Shown: one piece after another, positions 1 to 9,900 of the stretch | How the letters are laid out: the number at the start of each line of letters is the position of its first letter | How positions within the stretch are numbered: position 1 is the stretch's first letter | From: an uncultured Gemmatimonadales bacterium | GTDB lineage: Bacteria; Gemmatimonadota; Gemmatimonadetes; Longimicrobiales; Longimicrobiaceae | Reading direction: 5' to 3' | Assembly (NCBI GenBank): GCA_963716255.1 | Contig: OY970303.1 | Span: 5,280,001 to 5,344,000 of the forward strand | Length of the DNA stretch: 64,000 nt | Translations under genes and position numbers: made by a program | The notes under the pieces: generated by a model | Told to the model about the DNA's origin: nothing | The model's database searches: none | The model's input: only the letters and a program-made list of their open reading frames with translations

Positions 1-434
1 TCGAACTCCTCCTCCGCCCTCCGGATGAGAGAGACTCGCATGAGGGGCGGCCGGAGCAGATCGAACGGCCGCCTCTGCGACTCCAGGTGGAGGTTCAGCC
101 TCTCCTGTTGCTCCTCGGCCGGATGCCCACGCCAGTCGCACGATTCCCAGGGCAGGACCGCGCGCCTGAACACCACCTGGACAGCGTGCTCTACCTCTTC
201 CCACACGAAGGCGGTGCGCAGCACCGGGCGCTGGTCGAGGACGTGCTGCCACGCCTCCCGCAGCACCACGGGATCGGGGTTTCCGCGCAGGGAAAAGACG
301 TACTGGCTTAGATAGGCTCCCGAATCCGGCGAAAAAAGGACGTGAAAGACGATTCCGAGCTGGATCGGGGAGAGGGGATATACATCTTCCATGAGCGAGG
401 ATACGTCGGCCGCTTGTCCGGTGTGCTCAATCAT
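1..434 (-). CDS. NRPS condensation-domain protein, 5' part only (runs off the left edge), divergent from the main NRPS genes
   Basis: Not in the ORF track. Manual minus-strand translation from ATG 434 (alternative ATG 392) is open to base 1: MIEHTGQAADVSSLMEDVYPLSPIQLGIVFHVLFSPDSGAYLSQYVFSL...REAWQHVLDQRPVLRTAFVWEEVEHAVQVVF...RPFDLLRPPLMRVSLIRRAEEEF. It contains the C-domain motifs YPLSPxQxG.xFH, LRTAF and PFDL..PL.R. Confidence 0.88.
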   Translation of the reverse strand, partial: MIEHTGQAADVSSLMEDVYPLSPIQLGIVFHVLFSPDSGAYLSQYVFSLRGNPDPVVLREAWQHVLDQRPVLRTAFVWEEVEHAVQVVFRRAVLPWESCDWRGHPAEEQQERLNLHLESQRRPFDLLRPPLMRVSLIRRAEEEF

Positions 435-699
435 ATCTGCTCGTGACGTATGGGTTGAGACGGCCTGCGGTGCAGATCACCCGGCTGGACCCGCGGCATG
501 GAGGCGCCGGAGGTAAGCTGGGCAAAACCGCACTGCCATACTATACGTGTCGTTTTTTATGCGCAACGGCTTACTCAAATCGCAAGAATACTGCCGACGC
601 TTTTCTGCAGGATCTACCGGGTGACGGGTCCCTGCTGTCGCGAAAGCGGCTGAGTTCCGGAGATCCTCGGTGAGGTGCTGTAGAACCGCATGCCGCACC

Positions 700-1896
700 T
701 AGTGGATCACCCCGGCTGAGGTGATGGGTATCGGGAGGAGAACTTCTCCCGAGCCTTGGCGGTTGTGAAACGCCACTGAATCGTGGCCTTGCTGCCGTTG
801 CGGTCGCGGCACCAGACGGCGGTTTCACGCTGCACGACTTCCATGCTGGGCAGGCGCCGGTCCAAGCATTGAGTGCCGAGCACGGAGAACTCCACCTCGG
901 CCATGTTCAACCAGCTTGCATGCTTGGGCGTGTGGTGCAACTCCAGGCGCTTTGCGATCCGGCTTGCTTCCTCGGGCGCGAACGCCTGGTAGAGCGAGGC
1001 CGGCGTGTGCGTGTTCAGGTTGTCCAGCACCACGCGGACCTTCTCCGCCTCCGGAAAATGCACGTCCACCAGATCCCGCATGCAGTGGGCGAAGTCGATC
1101 GCGGTGCGCCGCTGCGTGACCTTGACCTCTCGCCAGGCGGTGTCGGGGCTGAAGAAGAGGAAGAGGTTGCACGTGCCTTCGCGCCGGTACTCGTAGTCGA
1201 ACCGCTCGGCCTGCCCCGGTCGCGCCGGCAGCGGCATGCGCACCTCGGACAGAAGTTGCAGAGGCATCTCGTCAAAGGCCACACGCGGCCGCTTCGGGTC
1301 GTTCGGCTCTGCATACAGGTCGAGCACGTCCTCCATCCGCCAGACGAATTCGGCCGTGATCTCCGGGATCAGCCACTGCTGGCGCTGCCACGGCTTCGTC
1401 TTGCTTTTTTGAGCGTGCGGCGCACCGTCTCATCCGAGATCGAGTCCACCGCCCCCAGTTCCACCAGCCGGTCCGCGAGCATCTGCATGCTCCAGCGGGC
1501 GCGCCCACCAGGCACGTCGCTGCAGGCCAGCGCCAGGAGCAGGGCCTCCGCTTTGCCTGTCAGCTTCGGCGGCATCGGCGGGCGGGGTTTCTCTGAGAGA
1601 GCCGCCTCCAGCCCTTCTTCCACGAAGCGCTTGCGGATGCGCTCCACCGTAGCGACCCCGACGCCCACGCCCGCGACGATCTGCTCGTCCGTGGCACCCT
1701 CGTCGGAGCGCAGCACCACCAGAGCGCGTTTGATCCGCCGCGCGCTTGCCTTCCCCTTGCGCGTGAGCACAAGCAGATCGCTGCGCTCCTGCTCCGTCAG
1801 CTTCACCTTGTACCGCTTCGTCATCCTTCGGCTCCTGTACAACTGCGTACCCAAAGCCGAAGGATACCCCATCAACTCACTCGTGGTGCCCCACTA
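700..1896 (-). mobile_element. IS630-family insertion sequence, apparently complete, with TA target duplication
   Basis: Imperfect terminal inverted repeats CTAGTGGATCACCCCGGCTGAGGTGATGGGTATC (699-732) and, as reverse complement, CTAGTGGGGCACCACGAGTGAGTTGATGGGGTATC (1863-1897). TA at 700-701 and 1895-1896. Encloses HTH and DDE transposase ORFs. Confidence 0.92.
707..1824 (-). CDS. IS630-family transposase in two frames joined by a probable -1 programmed frameshift
   Basis: HTH part MTKRYKVKLTEQERSDL...ETVRRTLKK from ATG 1824. A6 run at 1405-1410. The -1 frame continues SKTKPWQRQQWLIPEITAEFVWRMEDVLDLY...FDE...VVLDNLNTH...TPKHASWLNMAEVE, the IS630 DDE motifs. Stop at 707-709. Confidence 0.9.
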
Positions 1897-2226
1897 GTCT
1901 CGCGGGGCTCCCGTCCAAGGCGAATCGCGTGACAGTCCGCGCGCCTGCTTCGCAACCGGGAGCTACGGAGAGTTCTGGGCTCTCCCGCACGATTGGTGAA
2001 TCGGGTCATGCCGGTCAGGGGGGACAAGTAGAGTATGCGAGTGATCTCCGGCGGCTTTTCCCCTATGCACGCCTGATCTGGGGTGACTGTTTCCGCTGCG
2101 TTGGGTACCTCGCCCGGGCGCTTGTTTTTAGTCTGGACCGGAACCGGGCATCAGTAGACGGTTTGCACGATAGTGGGAGAGCGATCAGGGGTGAAGCGGC
2201 ATGGGCGAGGAGTGGAGAGACGAAGC

Positions 2227-2504
2227 TCACCAGGAGAGGCGGCCCATGACACGGAAGTTCTGCAAGCCGCGGATGATGCCGAAGCAGACGTCGTAGCGCT
2301 CCATCTGCCCGCGGTAGACCTCCGCCAGGATGCGGTATCGCTCCAGGGCGGCGAGGGTATGCTCGACGGCGATGCGCAATCGTGCCTGCATCCGGTTGTA
2401 GGCGCGCCCGAGCCAGGTCAGTCGCTGAGTGCGGTGGGTCTTGAAGGGCTGTCGACGGCCGCTGTGGGGTAGGCGTCCTTCGCACCCTCATAGCCACGGT
2501 CCAG
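2227..2504 (-). pseudogene. IS5-family (DDE_Tnp_4-like) transposase C-terminal remnant, frameshifted
   Basis: Manual translation gives LDRGYEGAKDAYPTAAVD, then a frameshift, then QPFKTHRTQRLTWLGRAYNRMQARLRIAVEHTLAALERYRILAEVYRG...LSW*. DxGY and YN...R..VEH motifs are present; no N-terminal part was found. Confidence 0.7.
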
Positions 2505-2761
2505 ACGTGCGAACCTTATGCGGTGACGTTTGTTGCGCCGAATGATCCTGGCCGCTCACGAGCCGCGGAGGATGAAGCTGAGGGTGAAGGTCCATCGTAC
2601 GATTCATGTAAGCGTCAGGGCCGACGTCACACGGTGGCTCGGCGTTCGGGAGAGCGGTCCAGAGCGCCAGTCAAAGCCCCGCGTGACTATCTAGAGATAC
2701 CGATTTTTTGTGAGGAGTGAAGCGCTGGCCGGCGAGGAACCGATATATCGGTCTACAAACG

Positions 2762-2794
2762 CCGAGCGGCCCGTCGGGAAGACGGGCCGCTCGG
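2762..2794 (-). terminator. Perfect 14-bp GC-rich hairpin, probable intrinsic terminator
   Basis: CCGAGCGGCCCGTC-GGGAA-GACGGGCCGCTCGG. On the minus strand it is followed by CGTTTGT and lies ~35 nt downstream of a TAG stop at 2828. Confidence 0.6.
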
Positions 2795-2827
2795 TACTTG
2801 GGATAAGAACGTGGAGCAGAGTGACCG

Positions 2828-2980
2828 CTACGAGTCGTCGATCAGGTCGACCCGGCCTGCAGGCAGGAGTTCCAGGTGGACGAGCGTATCGAGACTCGCC
2901 TGGATGTCCGCATCGGTGAAATGCGGCTTGTCTCGCTTGTTCTTCCACTTCGGGTGATTTTGGTCCTGACGGAGGAGACG
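2828..2980 (-). pseudogene. Possible 3' remnant of an unidentified gene
   Basis: Protein-like stretch LLRQDQNHPKWKNKRDKPHFTDADIQASLDTLVHLELLPAGRVDLIDDS* ends just before the hairpin. The upstream part of the ORF looks like low-complexity noise. Confidence 0.25.
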
Positions 2981-3195
2981 GCGCGTGCGGCGCTTGCCTT
3001 GCTGGTGGAGCCGTCCCGCCGGAGAAGCGGGCCGATGCGCTCCGGGAGATGGTGGACGGGATGGAGCGCGGCTATCGGGCGGCAGGCACGGCGGTCCCGA
3101 AGTGGCTCTTTCGCCTAGCTCAATAACGACGCAGGGACGCACGATGGAACAAGAGCCGCCCTTCCAGCCGGAGAGCTACATGCCCCAAGACGATC

Positions 3196-3561
3196 ATGGT
3201 GGACGGCGTTCGCTGGTCCGTCACAACAGAGTTGCGCCACCCCATGCCGTTCGGACGAGGACTGGACCCGTTCGGAGGCGATCCCTGGAAGCAACTCCGG
3301 TTAGAGCCCTTTGACGCCGACAGCCTGCACCCCCAATTGGATCATGCACGTACCGATCCGGACCCCTGCGGGGCGACGGAAGACGTACCCAACTGGACCG
3401 ACGAGCGACTTACGGAGCGGCTAGTCGAGTTGCTGAAAATGCGGAAGGACGGCGCGGACCTATCGTGCTCCCCCGGCGAACGGGACCCGTTTCCCAACGG
3501 TCCGTCTGTCGGCGTGCCGGCGCAACACCTAGAACACGCCAGCAGGTGCGCAAACTGTTGA
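3196..3561 (+). CDS. Hypothetical small protein, possibly degenerate
   Basis: 121-aa ORF with protein-like composition (MVDGVRWSV...NWTDERLTERLVELLK). No recognised family. Confidence 0.25.
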   Translation: MVDGVRWSVTTELRHPMPFGRGLDPFGGDPWKQLRLEPFDADSLHPQLDHARTDPDPCGATEDVPNWTDERLTERLVELLKMRKDGADLSCSPGERDPFPNGPSVGVPAQHLEHASRCANC

Positions 3562-3680
3562 TTTTGCGCTCCTGGCGTCAGGTTTGCCATCAGCATTCGT
3601 CGCAGTGGGATGATGCGCTGCAGGAGAGGAGCGTTATCAAGGATCGCGCAAATAGAACGCGCATAATTTACAATTGCCCC

Positions 3681-3707
3681 TTGACTTACAGCTTCGTGGC
3701 GTAAACT
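3681..3707 (+). promoter_or_regulatory. Candidate sigma70-type promoter for the NRPS operon
   Basis: TTGACT (3681-3686) and TAAACT (3702-3707) sit in a locally AT-rich patch. The spacer is only 15 nt, so the call is tentative. Confidence 0.3.
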
Positions 3708-3979
3708 ATATGGGTGTGCGGTAGTACGGCTAAACGCGGACCATGGTCGCATCCGGTCACGCGGAGGAGTGTTGCGGTCCCGAGCACGTTTGCAGGTTCG
3801 CTGATGCCATCGGCTTTTCAGATCTAGACCAGAACCCTCCCGTTGGAGAGTTCCAGCACGTTCCGCTTCCGACGCGCTCGCGTCAGAATGCTGTCGGCAC
3901 CGCTCAGACACGCGGGCCTCCTTTCTTCCTACTCCATCGTTTGATGATCGAGCCCAAGCCGGAGACACTGCGGAGAGGG

Positions 3980-6900
3980 ATGGCGGCCGAACCGGAGCGG
4001 CGGATCACCGAACCGGAGATGCTGCCTGAGGTGGAGCTTCACGCGGCGGAGGAGGGGAACGCGATGGAAGTGGCGCATCCGCGGGACGCCTGCGTGCACG
4101 AACTCTTCGAGCGGCAGGTGAAGCGAACTCCTGACGCGGTGGCGGTGGTCTTCGAGGGCGAGCACGTAACATATGCGGAGCTGAACCGGCGGGCGAACCG
4201 GCTGGCGCATCACCTTCGAGAGCTGGGCGTTAGACCGGAGGTGCTCGTGGGGCTCTGTCTCGACCGGAGCCTGGAGCTGGTGGTTTCCCTTCTGGGGGTC
4301 TTGAAGGCCGGGGGCGCGTACGTGCCACTGGATCCCTCGTATCCCTCCGAGCGGCTCCGCCACATGGTCGCGGATTCCGGGATGGAGCTGCTTCTGACCC
4401 GAGAGAAATTTCGGGCGACGCTGCCGACCTCCGCCGGGGCCCGGGTCGTGATCCTCGAGGCCGCGGAACGGGCAATCACGGTCCAACCCATGGAGAACCC
4501 GGCGAGCGGAGTCACCCCGGAGCACCTGGCGTACGTGATCTACACCTCCGGCTCGACGGGGCAGCCCAAGGGAAGTCTGGTTCCCCACCGGAGCATCCCC
4601 GGCTACGCGGATGTGTACCTGGAGCTGCCCCAGGGAAGTCCGCCCGAGACCTGGCTTCAATACTCGTCCCTCTCGTGGGATGCGCTGACGCTGGAGCTGT
4701 GGACGCCCCTCCTGCGCGGCTCGCGGTGCGTACTCTATGCCAGCGCGGCGGAGGCGGGGGTCACGCCCCAGGGGCTGGCGCGTGCGATCGCCGAGCAGGG
4801 GGTGACCACGTTGTGGATGACGTCCACCCTGTTCAACACCATGCTCGACGTGGCTCCCGAAGCCCTCCAGCCGTTGCGGGTGCTGCTGGTCGGGGGCGAG
4901 CAGCTCTCGGGGCCGCATGTACGCCGGGCCCGGGCGCTGCTACCCGGGACGCGGCTGGTGAACGGCTACGGCCCCAGCGAATGCACGGTATTCATTGCGT
5001 GCCACGTGATTCCGGGCGAGCCGGAGGAGCTCCCGGCGGGGACGATTCCGTTGGGGCGGCCGGTGGGGGACCGGCGGTGCTACGTGCTGGACTCGATGCT
5101 GGAGCTGGCGCCGGTCGGGGTCGCTGGCGAACTGTGCGTCGGCGGACCGGCCGTCGCACGCGGGTACCTGGGCAGGCCCGAGCTGACGGCGGGGAGGTTC
5201 GTGCCGGATCCGTACGCGAGTGAAGGGGGAGCCCGGCTCTACCGGACGGGCGACGAGGTGCGGTGGCGGCCGGACGGGACGCTGGAGTACGTGGGCCGCC
5301 TGGACGAGCAGGTGAAGGTGCGAGGCTACCGGATCGAGCTCGGCGAGATCGAGGCACGGTTGCTGGAGCACGGGGCGGTGCGCGAGGCCGTGGTGGTGGC
5401 GCGGGAGGACGACGCGGGGGACAAGCGGCTGGTGGCGTACTGGGTCGAAAAGCTCGACAGCAGGGTCACGGAAGCGTCGGACGAGAGCGAGTCCGACCAC
5501 GTGGCGGCCTGGAAAGACCTTTACGACAGCGTCTACGGCGAGAACGGTGGAGATTCAGATCCGACGTTCAACATCGGCGGCTGGAACAGCAGCTATACCG
5601 GCCAGCCCATTCCGCCCGAAGAAATGCGAGAATGGCTGGACGCCACCGTGGCTCGCACGGTCGCACTGAAGCCGAAGCGAGTGCTCGAAATCGGATGCGG
5701 ATCCGGCTTGATCCTGTTCCGGCTGGCAGCCGGTTGCGAGCGATACGTCGGTACGGACTTCTCCGCCGATGGACTGCGGAAGGTTCGTGCGGTGCTCGAC
5801 GGGCGGCCCGAGGGGGACCGGGTGGAGCTGTACGAGCGGCTGGCCGACGACTTCAGCGGGTTCGCACCGGGGTCGTTCGACCTCGTGGTCATCAACTCGG
5901 TCGTGCAGTACCTGCCAAGCATCCACTACCTCGAGACGGTCATCGAACGAGCCGTTCGCGCCGTGGCACCGGGGGGGCACGTCTTCGTCGGGGACGTTCG
6001 GAACCTGGACCTGCTGGGCGCCTTTCACACCGCGGTGGAGACGTATCGGTCCGCACCGACAACCCCGGTCGCCGAGTGGAGGGCTCGCGCGGAGCGGGCG
6101 CAGCGGAGCGAGGACGAGCTGGTGATCGCCCCGGCTTTCTTCCGATCGCTTCGACAGAGGCTCGCCTCGGTCGATCACGTGGAGGTCCTGCACAAGCGCG
6201 GGCGGTTCCTCAACGAGATGACGGAGTTCCGATACGACGTGGTGCTGTACGTCGGTGCAGGTGACCAGGCGGATCCCGAGGCGGAGGCCGATGCAAGCTG
6301 GGAGATCGACCGTCTGACTCTCGATTCTCTGCGAGCTCGACTCCAGGAGACCACCGACGAGCTCCTGATCGTCGCCGACGTGCCCAATGCCCGGGTGAGC
6401 GGCCCGCTGAAGCTGCTCGCGATGCGTCGGGACTCCGGGAGCGCTGAGACCGTGGAGGATGTACGCCGCCTCGCATTCCCGGACGGAGTGAATCCCGAGG
6501 AACTGTGGACCCTGGGTGAGAGCCTGGGATGGTCGGTGGAAGTGAGTGTCGCCGATTCCGACAACGCCGGACGTGTCGACGCGATGTTCTCACGGCGGCA
6601 CGGCACCAGCGGCCGATACAGGTTCCCGGCGCTCCGGGGCTGGACGCGTGAGAGCCTGACCGCCTGCGCGACGGCTCCGATGAGAAGCAAGCCGGCCGGG
6701 GTGCTTCCGTCCCACCTGCGTTCGTTCCTGGAGGCGCGGCTGCCCGCGTACATGCTGCCGGCCGCTTACGTTCGTCTCGAGGCGCTGCCGCTGACGCCGA
6801 ACGGGAAGGTGGATCGACGCGGTCTTCCCGCACCGGCGAGGGATGCCTACGCGGACGCAACGTACGAGGCGCCAGTGGGGGAGGCGGAGGCGGCGCTGGC

Positions 6901-9900
6901 GCAGATCTGGGCGGAGGTGCTCAGGATGGAGCGGGTGGGTCGGTGGGACCACTTCTTCGAGCTGGGAGGTCACTCCCTCCTGGCGGTCCAGGTGGTCTCG
7001 CGCGTCAGGCAGAGGCTCGGCGTGGAAGTCGCCCTGGGAGAGGTCTTCCGTCTGCCTGTGCTGGCGGAGTTCGCGCGCGCCGTGGCGGGGGCGGCCCGGG
7101 CGGATCTGCCGCGGATCGAGCCTGTGGACCGGGCGGCGCCGCTGCCGCTGTCCTTCGCGCAGCAGCGGCTCTGGTTCCTGGAGCAGCTGGGGGGGATGGG
7201 GAACGCCTTTCACATCCTGTGGCGCTTGCGCCTGCAGGGTCGGCTGGACGGAGGAGCGCTGGGGCGGGCGCTGGAGCGGATCGTGGCGCGCCACGAAGTG
7301 CTGCGCACGACCTTCACCCTGGTCGACGGCGAGCCGGTGCAGCGGATCGCCCTGGTGGAGGAGAGCCGGTTCCACCTGGCGGAGCACGACCTGAGGGGGG
7401 AGGCCGGAGCAGAAGAGGAGGTCGGCCGTCTGCTCGCGCAGGAGTGGAGCACACCCTTCGACCTGGAGCGGGGGCCGCTGATCCGGGGGTGTCTGATCCG
7501 GCTGGGGGAAGACGATCACGTGCTGCAGATGACGATGCACCACATCGTCTCCGACGGCTGGAGCATGGGAGTGCTCACCGGCGAGCTGAGCACGCTCTAC
7601 GCCGCCTGCCTCCGCGGGGAGGCGGATCCGCTGCCGGCTCCCGCGGTGCAGTACGGGGACTACGCGGTGTGGCAGAGGCGCTGGCTGACGGGCGAGGTGC
7701 TGCGGGAGCAGGCGGAGTACTGGCGGCGGCGGCTGGCGGGAGCGACGGAGCTCCTGGAGCTGCCCACCGACCATCCGAGACCGGCGCGGATGGGCCACGC
7801 CGGAGCCTCGTTGGACGTGGAGCTGGGAGAGGAGCTGACGGGAAGGCTGAAGGAGCTGAGCCGCCGGCAGGGGACGACGCTGTTCATGACGCTGCTGACG
7901 GGCTGGGCCGTGGTGCTGAGCCGGCTCTCAGGGCAGGAGGACCTGGTCGTCGGCACGCCCACGGCGAACCGGGGCCGGGCGGAGATCGAGGGGCTGATCG
8001 GGTTCTTCGTCAACACGCTGGCGCTGCGGCTGGACCTCTCGGGCGCGCCGCGGGCGGGGGAGTTGATGGAGCGGGTGCGGGAGCGTGCGCTGGAGGCACA
8101 GCACCATCAGGACATTCCCTTCGAGCAGGTGGTGGAGCTGGCTCAGCCGATGCGCAGCCTGTCGCACAGTCCGCTCTTCCAGGTGATGTTCGCCTGGCAG
8201 AACGCACCCGGGGGCGAGCTGGTGCTGCCGGGCGTAGAGGTGGCGGCGATGGGGGAGGGCGCGGAGCAGGCGAGCACGCAGTTCGACCTGTCGCTCTCGC
8301 TGGGGGAATCGGGCGGGCGGATCGTGGGGGGGGTGCAGTACGCGACGTCGCTGTACGAGCGCGGAACGGTGGATCGCTACCTCGGCTACCTGCGGCGGGT
8401 GCTGGAGGCGATGGCAGCCGGGCCGCAGCGGCGGATCACCGAGATCGAGATGCTGACAGAGGCGGAGCGTCGGCTGGTGGTGGTGGAGTGGAACGCGACA
8501 GAAGCGGCGTATCCACGGGACGTGTGCGTGCACGAGCTGTTCGAGCGCGAGGTGGAGCGCAGCCCCGACGCGGTGGCGGTGGTCTACGAGAGCGAGGTGC
8601 TGAGCTACGCAGAGCTGAACCGGCGGGCGAACCGGCTGGCGCACCACCTGAGAGACCTGGGCGTGGGACCGGACACACGGGTGGCCATCTGCGCGGAGCC
8701 CAGCCTGGAAATGATGGTGGGCGTGCTCGGTGTGCTCAAAGCCGGCGGTGCCTACGTGCCGCTGGACCCGTCTTATCCTGAGGAGCGGCTGGGCTATATG
8801 CTCCGGGACAGCGCACCGGCGGTGCTGCTGCGACAACCCTCGCTGGCGAGCCGCTTCGTCGAGATGGACCTGCCCGCGCTCGACCTTTGCGGGCAGGAGC
8901 CCGCATGGGCGAGCGCTCCGGAGACGAACCCGGCGCGCGAGCGGGTGGGGCTCACGCCCGAGCACCTGGCGTACGTGATCTACACCTCCGGCTCCACGGG
9001 AAGGCCCAAGGGAGTGATGGTGGAGCATCGCGGGGTGTGCAACCTTGCGCTGGCGCAGATCCACTGCTTCGCGGTCGAGCCGGGCAGCCGTGTCCTGCAG
9101 TTCGGTTCGTTCAGCTTCGATGCCTGTGTCTCCGAGGTGGCCATGGCGCTGTGCCGGGGCGCGTCGCTTCACCTCACGCCCCGAGGGGTTACGCCGGCCG
9201 GTGAGGCGCTGGTCGAGATCGTGGCTGCGCACGGCATCACGCACCTGACGCTCCCGCCGGCCGTGCTCGCTACCCTCCCGGGCGACTCGGAACTGCGGCC
9301 GGTCCGCACGATGGTGGTCGCGGGGGACGTAATGCCGGAAACGGCCGCGAGACGGTGGGCAAAGGGGCGCCGACTCGTCAACGCGTACGGGCCGACCGAG
9401 GCGACGGTCTGCGCGAGCGTCCATGTGTGCGGAGCGGACGAGGCGGGGAAACCCTCCATCGGGCGGCCCCTCTCCAACGCGCAGATCTACATCCTCGACG
9501 GAGCGGGCGAACCGGTCCCGGTGAACGTCGCGGGAGAGCTGTACATCGGGGGGGCGGGTGTGGCACGCGGCTACCTGGGGCGCGCGGAGCTCACGGCGGA
9601 GCGGTTCGTCCCCGATCCCTTCGGGAAGGAAGACGGTGGGCGGCTGTACCGGACGGGGGATCTGGGCCTGTGGTCGCCTGGGGGGACGATCGCGTTCCTG
9701 GGTCGCAACGACCATCAGGTGAAGCTGCGGGGCTACAGGATCGAGCTGGGGGAGATCGAGGCGTTGCTGGTGCAGCACCCAGGCGTACGTGAGGCGGCGC
9801 TTGCGGCACGGGAGGACACTCCCGGGAACAGGCGTGTAGTGGCGTACTGGGTGGGCTCGGACGAGGTAGGAGTGGAGCGCCTGCGCGCGCACCTGCTGGA

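Noticed and set aside
1405..1410. Split transposase read as a pseudogene
   Set aside because: The break sits at an A6 slippery site at the position typical of IS630 programmed frameshifts, and both halves and both ends are intact.
3743..3979. ORF-track N-terminal extension of NRPS 1
   Set aside because: No domain similarity and atypical composition. Better RBS-backed starts exist at 3980 and 4064.
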